Shown piece after piece: positions 38,777 through 48,393 of a stretch of 57,898 bases of DNA. Position 1 is the first letter of the stretch. Every line of letters begins with the position of its first letter. The translations under genes were made by a program, and so were the position numbers. The notes beneath the pieces were generated by a model. It ran no database searches and was not told where the DNA came from. It worked only from the letters and a program-made list of their open reading frames with translations. The DNA comes from Patescibacteria group bacterium. GTDB taxonomy: Bacteria > Patescibacteriota > Minisyncoccia > Phycocordibacterales > JACZSL01. The stretch covers positions 1 to 57,898 of the forward strand of contig JADFRL010000002.1 in NCBI GenBank assembly GCA_022561335.1. The letters are read 5' to 3'.

Positions 38777-40594
38777 ATGACAGCTGATGAAGTCCGGAGT
38801 AGGTATTTAACTTTTTTTAAGAAGCGGGGGCACATTATTATTCCCTCCGCTTCTCTTGTTCCGGAAAATGATCCCACGACTCTGTTTACCGGCTCGGGAA
38901 TGCAGCCGTTGCTGCCGTATTTACTGGGGGAAAAGCATCCGCAAGGGGATAGGTTAGTCGATTCGCAGAAATGCCTCCGAGCAGAGGATATAGAAGAAGT
39001 GGGAGATAATCGTCACACCACGTTTTTTGAAATGCTTGGTAATTGGTCTTTAGGGAGTTATTTTAAAAAAGAGCAGCTTTCGTGGCTTCTTGAGTTCCTG
39101 ACAGAGGAAATAAACATTCCTAAGAAGCGCCTTTGGGTAACATGTTTTGAAGGAGATGAGAAGCTGCATCTCCCACGCGATAATCAGTCGGCAGCAATCT
39201 GGAAAGAGCTTGGAATACCAGAAGAACGAATCTGTTTTTACGGCTCAAAAAAAAATTGGTGGAGCAGGGCAGGGGAGCCGGAGAATATGCCGAAGGGAGA
39301 GCCTGGTGGCCCTGATTCGGAAATTTTTTATGATTTTGGGACTGTCCACGATCCAGCGTTTGGAGAGAACTGCAACCCTAATTGCGACTGCGGTCGTTTT
39401 TTGGAGATTGGCAATTCAGTTTTCATGGAATATATCAAGCAGGAGGATAGCTCATTCAAAGAATTACCGCAAAAAAATGTTGACTTTGGCGGAGGGCTGG
39501 AGAGACTTACAGCAGCGGCAAATAATGATCCTGATGTTTTTAATATTGACGTACTCCGTGTTGTGATACAAAAGATCGAACAGCTTTCAAAAAAACAGTA
39601 TACGAACACCACACATCAAAAATCGTTTCGCGTCATTGCTGACCATCTTCGTGGTGCAGTATTTATGATTGGAGACGGTGTATTTCCTTCAAATACTGGT
39701 GAAGGGTATATTCTAAGGCGGTTACTTCGCCGTGCTGTTCGGCATGCCGACGTGCTTGGTATGCCGGGTGATTCCTTGAAATTACTTGTGCAGGGTGTTG
39801 TCACTGTGTATAAAGGTGCTTACCCAAACCTTGTTGCGGTAAAACAATCGTATAAGATTGAAAAGGAAATCTCAGGAGAGGAAGAAGTGTTTCGAATGAA
39901 ACTCCAGTACGGCATGAAAAAGTTTGAAGCAATGGCAATGAATAAAGCTATTTCCGGCGAGGATGCTTTTCAGTTATTTTCAACCCACGGCTTCCCTTTT
40001 GAATTAACACTAGAATTAGCAAAGGAGAAAGGCATTAGTGTTGATGAGAAGGAATTTCGTGCGGCAATGCAAAGGCATCAGGGGGTATCACGCAAGGGAG
40101 CAGAGAAAAAATTCAAGGGGGGTCTTGCTGACCATAGCGCTCTATCGATTAAGTACCACACGGCTACTCATTTACTGCATCAGGCTCTCAGAGACATTTT
40201 GGGAAAACATGTGTTTCAAAAGGGAAGCAACATCACGGGAGAAAGGTTGAGGTTTGATTTTTCACATTCACAAAAAATGACTGACGAGGAAAAAAAGCAA
40301 GTGGAGGATTTAGTTAATCAAAAAATTAGAGATGAGCTTCCAGTTTCATATGAAGACATTCCTGCTGGGGAGGCTGTAAAACTTGGTGCGATAGGTCTCT
40401 TTGAGAAAAAGTATGGTGATAAGGTGCGCGTGTATAAAATAGGCGGCCTCGACGTAGAGTCAGGGAAAGTTTACAGTCTTGAATACTGTGGCGGTCCGCA
40501 TGTTGAAAACACCAAATCACTCGGACATTTTAAAATAAAAAAGGAGGAGGCAGTATCTGCCGGAGTGCGCCGTATAAAGGCTGTTTTAGAGTAA
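38777..40594 (+). CDS. alaS: alanine--tRNA ligase (no C-Ala domain)
   Basis: HTTFFEMLGNWS, DHLR, HTATHLL, CGGPHV, GVRRI. Confidence 0.95.
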   Translation: MTADEVRSRYLTFFKKRGHIIIPSASLVPENDPTTLFTGSGMQPLLPYLLGEKHPQGDRLVDSQKCLRAEDIEEVGDNRHTTFFEMLGNWSLGSYFKKEQLSWLLEFLTEEINIPKKRLWVTCFEGDEKLHLPRDNQSAAIWKELGIPEERICFYGSKKNWWSRAGEPENMPKGEPGGPDSEIFYDFGTVHDPAFGENCNPNCDCGRFLEIGNSVFMEYIKQEDSSFKELPQKNVDFGGGLERLTAAANNDPDVFNIDVLRVVIQKIEQLSKKQYTNTTHQKSFRVIADHLRGAVFMIGDGVFPSNTGEGYILRRLLRRAVRHADVLGMPGDSLKLLVQGVVTVYKGAYPNLVAVKQSYKIEKEISGEEEVFRMKLQYGMKKFEAMAMNKAISGEDAFQLFSTHGFPFELTLELAKEKGISVDEKEFRAAMQRHQGVSRKGAEKKFKGGLADHSALSIKYHTATHLLHQALRDILGKHVFQKGSNITGERLRFDFSHSQKMTDEEKKQVEDLVNQKIRDELPVSYEDIPAGEAVKLGAIGLFEKKYGDKVRVYKIGGLDVESGKVYSLEYCGGPHVENTKSLGHFKIKKEEAVSAGVRRIKAVLE

Positions 40595-40642
40595 AACGTA
40601 TTGCTTCAGGATTGTCTGGCACATATAATTAAGATTATAACT

Positions 40643-41860
40643 ATGCGTTTATTTCAAATTCTTCACAAAGAGCCAAGAATCAAACAAGCAGCAATTTTTG
40701 ATATCGCAAGTGGCAGTGTTGGAGCGTCACTGGTTGAATTTGATTCAAAGAACGATCACCCGACTATACTGTGGAACGCTCGTAGTACCATGAGTTTTCA
40801 AGAGGTTCCCCATTTTAAGCAGTTGACCAAATCAATGCTCTCCACATTGCTTGATGTCGTGCTGAAGCTTCAGACTGAAGGATTTCAAGTGCTCGCAGAG
40901 TTGTCACGAAAAACCGTTATTGACGATATGATGTTTGTATTTGCATCTCCGTGGCATACCATGCAGACAAAAGTGGTTACACTTGAAAAGGAAAAGCCTT
41001 TTAGTATAAGTAAGTCATTTTTAGATGCCTTAGTCAGTAAAGAAGAGAAGCAATTTACAGACATAGCCGCTAAAAGTATAGGGGATAATACTGAAACAAA
41101 ACCACGATTGATAGAAAAGGAGATTATTCAAATTGTACTTAATGGATATATCACCCAAAATCCCTACAATAAGATGGTGCACAAAGCTAAAATTGATCTT
41201 ATACTGAGTGCCGTCCCCCAAAATGTACATGAAAAAATTTCTGAAATAGCGACACAAATGTTGAATGGAGAAAGTGGAGTATTTCATTCGTTCACACTCG
41301 TCTCATTTTCTGCCGTACGGGATATCTTTCACAACAGAGATGATTTCCTGCTTCTTGATATAAGTGCAGAAATAACTGACGTAACTCTAGTGCATAACGG
41401 AGCAATTCTTGAGACTGCATCGTTTCCCCAAGGAAAACATTTTCTGGTTCGGGAAATTGCGTCAGAATTTAATACCATATCGGAAGAAGCCGCGTCTCTT
41501 GTGCGGGCCTACTTCAGTGGGCACATTGGTGCAGAGCATTATAAAAAAATCACATTAGCACTCACAAAGGCGGCTGAATCCTGGGTGCACGCTCTTGATG
41601 AGACACTTATACAATTGTCTGAAAATGTCTCAATTCCCGGGACGGTATATATGACGGTTGATGATGATTTTAGTATATGGTTTAAAGAAACTATTAAAAA
41701 AAAGGATTTTAGTCATTTAATATTTTCTGAATCATCATTTGACGTTATACTATTAGATGACGCGCTGTTGGCCAATTATGTAGAGCGTGGAAGGGGCGTC
41801 TCTTTCATCGACCCCTTTTTGACGCTGGAGGCCTTATTTTTCAGAAAGATTGTTTTTTAG
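40643..41860 (+). CDS. actin-fold (FtsA/PilM-like) hypothetical protein
   Basis: FDIASGSV and LLDISAEIT phosphate-like motifs; LNGY. Confidence 0.55.
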   Translation: MRLFQILHKEPRIKQAAIFDIASGSVGASLVEFDSKNDHPTILWNARSTMSFQEVPHFKQLTKSMLSTLLDVVLKLQTEGFQVLAELSRKTVIDDMMFVFASPWHTMQTKVVTLEKEKPFSISKSFLDALVSKEEKQFTDIAAKSIGDNTETKPRLIEKEIIQIVLNGYITQNPYNKMVHKAKIDLILSAVPQNVHEKISEIATQMLNGESGVFHSFTLVSFSAVRDIFHNRDDFLLLDISAEITDVTLVHNGAILETASFPQGKHFLVREIASEFNTISEEAASLVRAYFSGHIGAEHYKKITLALTKAAESWVHALDETLIQLSENVSIPGTVYMTVDDDFSIWFKETIKKKDFSHLIFSESSFDVILLDDALLANYVERGRGVSFIDPFLTLEALFFRKIVF

Positions 41861-41894
41861 GTTATACTTAATATATATAAACAACGTAATTGAT

Positions 41895-43175
41895 ATGAGT
41901 TCTCGAAGCACCATCCGTGATATCTTGCCTCCTGAGGGGAGACAATCGCGCCGACCGCCGCGGAGATTGCAGGAGACGGATCAAGATATATTCTCAGACA
42001 AGAGGGATCCTCACTTAAAAGGTATTAGCCGAAGGAGAAGAGTACCATGGCTTTATGGATTGGTTCTGATTGGCGCACTTATTATAATTTTATTCTTTCT
42101 TTTTTCCTTTCTCTTCACGGGCGCTCAGGTAGTAACTTTTCCTAAATACGAAAAAGTCGTGGTCAATGGTGATTTCACAGCTTCGACTGATGTAGCGCTA
42201 TCAAGTTTGCCGTATGACATAATGACTTTAGAGCTCACAGAATCTCAATCAGTTGTCGCTACGGGAAGAGAGGAGGTTTCGCTGAAAGCGTCTGGAAAGA
42301 TAGTTATATATAATAATTATAATACAGCAATCCAAAGACTTATCCGGAATACACGGTTTGAGACTCCTCTCGGCTTGATCTACCGTATCAATGAATCGAT
42401 TGTGGTGCCTGGACAAACTTCCGAGGGGGGCAAAGTTACTCCCGGAAGCATAGAAGTAACTGTATATGCAGATGAACCGGGAGAGGCTTACAATGTCGGG
42501 CTGACTGACTTCACTGTTCCTGGTTTTAAGGGGGCTCCTCAATTTGAGTACTTTTATGCCCGTTCAAAGTTCCCTATGACGGGAGGTTTTGTAGGAGAGC
42601 AGTTAGTTGTTGAGGAGTCCGTACAGGAAAGTGCTCGAGAAGAGCTTAGAGTGACACTTAATGAACAACTGCTCCTGGAGGCTTTCTCACAAGTTCCAGA
42701 GGGATTCTTGCTTTTTGAGGATGCCGTTTTCGTTGAATTTGAATCTCAGCCCACTATTGAGCAAGACGGAAGTGTAGTATTGACCGAAAAAGCTATCCTC
42801 TTCGGGGTATTGTTCGAAGAGAAAGCCTTTGCTCGGCACCTAGCACAAAATACACTTGCCGGATTTGATGACAGTCCTGTAGAACTGAAGAGTCTGGAGT
42901 CCCTTTCTTTAACTGTTCTTGACAAGGAAAATATGCGCCCTTGGGAGAAAGATATTTTTACGTTTAGTCTCTCTGGAAATGCTACGCTCGTGTGGCTTTT
43001 CGATGAAGCTAAACTTAAAGATGACCTGGCAGGTCGTGATAAAAGAGCTATTTATACCATTCTTTCTGGATACCCGAGCATAGAAAGAGCTGAAGTTATA
43101 ATCCGGCCATTCTGGCGGCAATCTTTTCCGGATGCTATAGAAGATATTACAATAGAAAGGAATCTGGAGGATTGA
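41895..43175 (+). CDS. membrane-anchored protein with baseplate-J-like domain
   Basis: TM then KASGKIVIYN, TRF, VPG, A..PGEAYN, MTGGF. Confidence 0.55.
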   Translation: MSSRSTIRDILPPEGRQSRRPPRRLQETDQDIFSDKRDPHLKGISRRRRVPWLYGLVLIGALIIILFFLFSFLFTGAQVVTFPKYEKVVVNGDFTASTDVALSSLPYDIMTLELTESQSVVATGREEVSLKASGKIVIYNNYNTAIQRLIRNTRFETPLGLIYRINESIVVPGQTSEGGKVTPGSIEVTVYADEPGEAYNVGLTDFTVPGFKGAPQFEYFYARSKFPMTGGFVGEQLVVEESVQESAREELRVTLNEQLLLEAFSQVPEGFLLFEDAVFVEFESQPTIEQDGSVVLTEKAILFGVLFEEKAFARHLAQNTLAGFDDSPVELKSLESLSLTVLDKENMRPWEKDIFTFSLSGNATLVWLFDEAKLKDDLAGRDKRAIYTILSGYPSIERAEVIIRPFWRQSFPDAIEDITIERNLED

Positions 43176-43271
43176 TTAACAGTCGATTTTTCTCAAAGGT
43201 GCTTACGCTGCTTGCTTTGGGGAGTTGACCATGCTGCGGTCTTCTGGTAAAATGGTCAGACTGTAACTACA

Positions 43272-43490
43272 GTGATGGTAAGCAACAACGAAAAAGGGAC
43301 AATAAACGGTACAGTTGATGAAGCATTGCCCAATACGCTTTTTAGAGTAACTTTAGAGAATAGCGACCAGATTCTCACGTATCTGTCGGGTAAAATGAGA
43401 AAGTACCGCATCCGTGTCCTCATTGGAGACAAAGTCGTGGTTGAGCTTGATCACTACGGCGGTAAGGGACGAATCATTAAACGGTTGTAA
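43272..43490 (+). CDS. infA: translation initiation factor IF-1
   Basis: [23 protein letters not shown]. Confidence 0.96.
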   Translation: MMVSNNEKGTINGTVDEALPNTLFRVTLENSDQILTYLSGKMRKYRIRVLIGDKVVVELDHYGGKGRIIKRL

Positions 43491-43579
43491 TTGCATTATA
43501 TAACAATAGCTACCATGTTCTGAAGGCGGGTTTGTAGCTTTGTTATCTTTGGTACAGCGTCTTTTATAATATGTGATAA

Positions 43580-43693
43580 ATGAAAGTAAAGGCATCTGTA
43601 AAAAAAATATGTGCTAAATGTAAGACTGTTCGTCGGAGAGGGCGTGTATATATTATTTGTACAAACCCTCGCCATAAACAACGCCAAGGGTAG
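43580..43693 (+). CDS. rpmJ: 50S ribosomal protein L36 (not in ORF track)
   Basis: [37 protein letters not shown]. Confidence 0.97.
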   Translation: MKVKASVKKICAKCKTVRRRGRVYIICTNPRHKQRQG

Positions 43694-43846
43694 GTAAACC
43701 TCAAGATTCTATAAGCTTTGCGAAATAAAATACAGCTTATACAATTTACCCAGTCACCACTTTTTAGATGCGGAAGATACTGCTTCTCAAAAGTGGGGAC
43801 GGGTCTGAGAATACTAAGTCTACTTTGTTTACTAAACTGATCTAAC

Positions 43847-44227
43847 ATGAGAATTTCAGGGATAACCATAAAAGACAACAAGCGGCTAGCCGTCAGCCTC
43901 ACAGGTATTTATGGTATTGGTTTCTCTCGTGCTAAAGATATTTTAGCTCAGGTCGATATCGATCCTGAGAAGCATGCCGGTAATCTGTCCAAGGATGAAG
44001 AGAATTTGATTAGGACGGCTGTAGGCGAACTCAGAATTGAAGGAGATTTAAAACGCGAAATTTCTGAAAATATTAAACGTCTGAAAGATATAAAATCGTA
44101 CAGAGGCAGTCGTCACGACAAACACTTACCGGGACGAGGGCAGCGCACAAAAACAAATTCTCGGACAGTGAGGGGAAATGTTCGCAGGACAATGGGATCG
44201 GGGAAGCGTAAGCTTGAGAAGAAATAA
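43847..44227 (+). CDS. rpsM: 30S ribosomal protein S13
   Basis: IYGIG, YRG.RH..LP.RGQRTKTN. Confidence 0.97.
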   Translation: MRISGITIKDNKRLAVSLTGIYGIGFSRAKDILAQVDIDPEKHAGNLSKDEENLIRTAVGELRIEGDLKREISENIKRLKDIKSYRGSRHDKHLPGRGQRTKTNSRTVRGNVRRTMGSGKRKLEKK

Positions 44228-44263
44228 GTGAGCAATTGTTTATTTACTAAATTAATCTAACCT

Positions 44264-44698
44264 ATGGGCAAAAAGCGTGTTATTAAAAAAAGGGGACAGG
44301 GTATGGATGCCGGCTTAAAGTCACGTGCACTTTCTCGTGTACCGAAGAAAAAAATGGACAAAGGGATACTTTATATTCATGCTACCTATAATAACACTAA
44401 ATTAATGCTCACAGACATGGGAGGAGGCGCGGTCATTTTTTCATCTTGCGGGGCATTGGGTTTTAGCGGGGCTCGAAAGGGCACTCCTTTCGCTGCTGCA
44501 AAGGTAGGAGAGATTATGGGAGAAAAAGCCGCACTTATGGGTGTCAAGGACGTAAGTGTCGTGATAAAGGGAGTGGGTTCAGGGAGAGAATCGTCACTAC
44601 GGGCTTTTGCAGGCAAGGGAATTGGTATTTCTGAAATTAAGGATATGACACCGATACCTTTTAATGGCCCTCGTGCTCGAAAGCCACGACGTGTTTAG
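44264..44698 (+). CDS. rpsK: 30S ribosomal protein S11
   Basis: YNNT, KGTPFAA, TPIPFNG. Confidence 0.97.
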   Translation: MGKKRVIKKRGQGMDAGLKSRALSRVPKKKMDKGILYIHATYNNTKLMLTDMGGGAVIFSSCGALGFSGARKGTPFAAAKVGEIMGEKAALMGVKDVSVVIKGVGSGRESSLRAFAGKGIGISEIKDMTPIPFNGPRARKPRRV

Positions 44699-44848
44699 AA
44701 ATTGTTATGAACGAAGTGAATTACAATTTGTTAACTGACCCCCCAGGATTTTCCAACTTGATTTTTGAATTAGGATAATGTAGAAATGGAGGGGATTAAT
44801 GTAAAGAAATAAGAAAGTTGTTAATTATTAGAAAATTTAGAAAGTCAA

Positions 44849-45469
44849 ATGAAAGTAGGTCCACGTTATAAAATTTGTAAACGTCTAGGAAGCAGTGTAT
44901 TTGAGAAATGTCAAACACAGAAGTTTGTTCTTTCTGAGTCTCGCAGGAATGCAGTACGCAGAACTACTGGAAGACGGCCGCGTGCCGCGTCCGATTATGG
45001 AAAGCAGCTTCTGGAGAAGCAGCGCGTCCGTCTTACCTATGGTCTTACCGAGAAACAGCTGGTACGCTATGTGCGTTCGGCGGGATCTCTCAAGGGAGGT
45101 AATGCCTCCACGGTACTACTCCAGGCACTTGAGACAAGGCTTGATAATGTGGTCTTCCGCCTAGGGCTCGCTCCTACCAGACGGGCAGCTCGGCAAATGG
45201 TTTCGCATGGCCATATTAGAGTGAATACAAAAAGAGCAACTATTCCTTCATATCATATCCAGGAAGGAGACAATATTTCAATTCGAGAAGGAAGTAGGGA
45301 CGGTGTTCTGTTTAGTGAACTTGGCGAATACTTAAAGGAGCACAGTATGCCAGCCTGGCTTTCCTTTGATGAAAATAAGTTGGAGGGATCGATTAAGAAT
45401 CTGCCGACTGAAGAGACCGTCGCTACCCAATTAGATTTGACAGTTATTTTAGAGTTCTACAGTCGTTAA
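44849..45469 (+). CDS. rpsD: 30S ribosomal protein S4
   Basis: YGKQLLEKQ, LETRLDNVVFRLG, EFYSR. Confidence 0.97.
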   Translation: MKVGPRYKICKRLGSSVFEKCQTQKFVLSESRRNAVRRTTGRRPRAASDYGKQLLEKQRVRLTYGLTEKQLVRYVRSAGSLKGGNASTVLLQALETRLDNVVFRLGLAPTRRAARQMVSHGHIRVNTKRATIPSYHIQEGDNISIREGSRDGVLFSELGEYLKEHSMPAWLSFDENKLEGSIKNLPTEETVATQLDLTVILEFYSR

Positions 45470-45501
45470 CAGTAGATGTTTTAGCAATAATTATTTTTCG
45501 T

Positions 45502-46482
45502 ATGCCTGATTATAATGTCACACTGCCGTCAAAACCGAGAGTCGTCTCTGAAGAGGAATTCACGGGTGTTTATGAAATTGATAGTCTATATCCCGGCTAT
45601 GGACATACACTAGGAAATTCACTGAGGCGGATTATATTGTCGTCTCTTCCGGGGGCTGCTATTACCTCAGTAAAGATAGACGGCATACAGCATGAATTTT
45701 CAACAATAAAAGGAGTCCGAGAAGATGTAATTACTATTCTGCTTAACCTCAGGAAAGTTCGTATACAGGTGCTCACCGATGAGCCGCAGACACTCACATT
45801 AACAGTGAAGGGAACAAAAAAAATTACGGCGGGCGATATCCAATTACCTGGGCAGGTGACGGTCCTTAATCCAGATTTGAATATTGCAGAATTAACCGAT
45901 AAAAACAGCAGTCTCGACGTTGAACTGGTTGTCGAGCGGGGTTTAGGGTACATGTCCAAAGAAGTACTGCAAAAGGACAAAGTGGACATTGGTATAATTG
46001 CTGTTGATGCTATCTTTACTCCTATTAGGCGTGTAAACTACGAAGTGGAGAATATGCGAGTCGGTGATCGGACAGACTTCAATCGCCTTCGTATCTTCAT
46101 AGAAACGGATGGGACTATTCTTCCGAAAGAGGCTCTGGAAAGAGCTATTGAAATTATGATCAATCAGCTCAAGGCAATTGTCGGATTTAAAGAGGAGGAG
46201 ATTAAGGTAGCTCATACCGAGAGTGAATCAGGTCTTGCAGAGGGCACGGAAGAAATAGTCATACCCAAGGAAGAGATTGATACCGAGTTCTTAAAGAAAC
46301 GTATCGAGTTTCTTGATCTATCGGCACGTACGGTGAACGCTCTTTCAGGCGCAAATATAAGGACGGTGGGAGGACTGGTACGCAAGAGCGAGGAAGATAT
46401 TTTGGCTATTGAAGGACTTGGATTAAAGGGGCTTCAAGAGATTAAACGGGTCTTAAGCAATTTTGGAATTATCTTGAAATAA
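45502..46482 (+). CDS. rpoA: RNA polymerase alpha subunit
   Basis: GHTLGNSLRRIILSS, HEFS, DAIFTP. Confidence 0.97.
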   Translation: MPDYNVTLPSKPRVVSEEEFTGVYEIDSLYPGYGHTLGNSLRRIILSSLPGAAITSVKIDGIQHEFSTIKGVREDVITILLNLRKVRIQVLTDEPQTLTLTVKGTKKITAGDIQLPGQVTVLNPDLNIAELTDKNSSLDVELVVERGLGYMSKEVLQKDKVDIGIIAVDAIFTPIRRVNYEVENMRVGDRTDFNRLRIFIETDGTILPKEALERAIEIMINQLKAIVGFKEEEIKVAHTESESGLAEGTEEIVIPKEEIDTEFLKKRIEFLDLSARTVNALSGANIRTVGGLVRKSEEDILAIEGLGLKGLQEIKRVLSNFGIILK

Positions 46483-46500
46483 TTCTAAAAAAACCATATC

Positions 46501-46851
46501 ATGCGTCACTCAAAAAGCACAAAAACACTGGGGAGAGTAAAGAGACAGCGGGAGGCGCTACTTCGCTCTTTAGCACGCTCCTTGGTAATGTATGAACACA
46601 TTGATACGACAGAAGCGAAGGCAAAAGCACTTCGTCCTTTTATTGAAAAGTTGATAACAAAAGGGAAAGCCAATTCACTTGCTTCACATCGTATTGTTTT
46701 AACACGTCTGGGGGGACAGCGGGAGGCTAAGAAACTGCTTCAGACGATAGTGCCTAAATATAAGGATAGAGCTGGCGGTTATACTCGAATCATAAAATTA
46801 ACAGACCAAGGGATTAATATACGGAAAAGGGCTCGCATCGAGTTCGTATAA
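46501..46851 (+). CDS. rplQ: 50S ribosomal protein L17
   Basis: MRH..LGR, TTEAKAK, GGYTRI. Confidence 0.96.
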   Translation: MRHSKSTKTLGRVKRQREALLRSLARSLVMYEHIDTTEAKAKALRPFIEKLITKGKANSLASHRIVLTRLGGQREAKKLLQTIVPKYKDRAGGYTRIIKLTDQGINIRKRARIEFV

Positions 46852-46882
46852 AGGGACAAGAATATAATAGTATAGATATAAT

Positions 46883-47233
46883 ATGAAGCACGTACACACC
46901 ATTGACGCACAAGGAAAGCGTATAGGGCGTATCGCCAGTGAGGCGACTGGTTTACTGAGAGGAAAACACCGTCCCGATTTTACCCCTCATAAAACTTTCG
47001 GCCAGCGTGTTCACATTGTAAACACTCAGCATATGAACATTGAAGAGTCTAAACTCAAGAATAAATTTTATACACGATATTCAGGTTATCCGGGCGGCCT
47101 CAAGCATGAGTCTTTGGAAAACGTGATTGCACGGAAAGGATATTCCGAGATAGTCCGAAGGGCCATTTATGGGATGCTTCCCAATAACAAGTTGAGAAAA
47201 AAGATTATGAAGCAGCTTGTAATCACAGATTAG
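46883..47233 (+). CDS. rplM: 50S ribosomal protein L13 (short)
   Basis: IDA...GR.AS, LRGKH, SGYPGG, GMLP. Confidence 0.95.
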   Translation: MKHVHTIDAQGKRIGRIASEATGLLRGKHRPDFTPHKTFGQRVHIVNTQHMNIEESKLKNKFYTRYSGYPGGLKHESLENVIARKGYSEIVRRAIYGMLPNNKLRKKIMKQLVITD

Positions 47234-47240
47234 GAAGCAT

Positions 47241-47678
47241 ATGGCCACAACTATCAAAGCATTAAAAGAAAAAAAAGAGGCCTTAAGGGAGCGGTACATA
47301 GAAACCATTGGCCGCAGGAAGGAGGCCGTGGCTCGGGTGAGGCTTTATAAAAGTGCCCGTGAGTCATTTGTTGTTAATAATAGAGAATTAGCAGAATATT
47401 TTCCCATCAGAGCTCTTCAGTCTATTGTGAAGGATCCTTTTATTAACACAAACTTAACTCAAAAATTTACCGTATCAGCCCGCATTCGGGGAGGAGGGGT
47501 GTCGGCGCAAGCTGAGGCTCTGCGGCACGGCATTGCACGAGCGTTGGCTGTATATGACCTGGAACTTCGAGGTCAGCTCAAAAGGGCGGGGTTTCTCAAG
47601 CGAGATCCACGTGCAAAAGAGAGGAAGAAATTTGGTCTCAAAAAGGCGCGCAAGGCACCTCAATGGTCGAAGCGCTAG
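47241..47678 (+). CDS. rpsI: 30S ribosomal protein S9
   Basis: GRRKEAVARV, GGG, ERKK.GLKKARKAPQWSKR. Confidence 0.97.
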   Translation: MATTIKALKEKKEALRERYIETIGRRKEAVARVRLYKSARESFVVNNRELAEYFPIRALQSIVKDPFINTNLTQKFTVSARIRGGGVSAQAEALRHGIARALAVYDLELRGQLKRAGFLKRDPRAKERKKFGLKKARKAPQWSKR

Positions 47679-47758
47679 GAGTGGTTTTCAATGGGTCTGC
47701 TCTTTTTAGTTGATACTACAGCTCCTTTAAATTGGAGAGTAAGAATGGCACACTATTT

Positions 47759-48349
47759 ATGAAATCAAAGAAACATAGCGATAAATCAAAAGTTGACAAG
47801 AAGAATAAAAGAGAGTATAGTTCTGACGAGGAGTTTGATGTTTTGGACATTGATGAGAAGTCAGGTGAGGCCGTAGCTAAGTTGAAGCAGATGCTTAAAG
47901 AGTGCCAGCAAGAACGGAGGGAATTCCTTGATGGATGGCAGCGCAGCAAAGCAGAGCTTATCAATGCCCGAAAGCAGGATGTCGAGCAAAATAAAAAAGC
48001 TTTCCTGCGTATACAGGAAGATTTTATACTTCGACTACTTCCTATACTCGATAGTTTTGACATGGCATTTGCTGATACAAAAGAGGCGGTAAAAGTTGAC
48101 AGCGATTGGGTAGTTGGAGTCCAAAATATTCACTCTCAATTAAAGGCTTTCCTGAGTTCAGTCGGTGTCAGTACTATAGAGCAGATTGGGGAACCGTTTG
48201 ACCCAAAGAAACATGACTCAGCGGAAACCGTTTTGACAAAAAAAAGAGAAGAAGACGGATTGATTGTCGAGGTGCTTCAGAAGGGATATGTTTTTGGTGA
48301 CACTATTGTTCGAGCAGCTCGAGTACGTGTGGCCGAATTTAATGCATAA
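47759..48349 (+). CDS. grpE: nucleotide exchange factor GrpE
   Basis: LLPILD, FDP..H, QKGY..R.A.V.V. Confidence 0.93.
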   Translation: MKSKKHSDKSKVDKKNKREYSSDEEFDVLDIDEKSGEAVAKLKQMLKECQQERREFLDGWQRSKAELINARKQDVEQNKKAFLRIQEDFILRLLPILDSFDMAFADTKEAVKVDSDWVVGVQNIHSQLKAFLSSVGVSTIEQIGEPFDPKKHDSAETVLTKKREEDGLIVEVLQKGYVFGDTIVRAARVRVAEFNA

Positions 48350-48393
48350 ATTATAAAGACAGTTGAATAAAGGTAATTAAGTAATATATAAAT

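Noticed and set aside
41895-43175. Prophage suggested by the baseplate-J-like domain
   Set aside because: No integrase, terminase, capsid or tail genes; the gene is embedded among housekeeping genes.
47679-47760. CIRCE operator upstream of grpE-dnaK-dnaJ
   Set aside because: No 9-9-9 inverted repeat found there.
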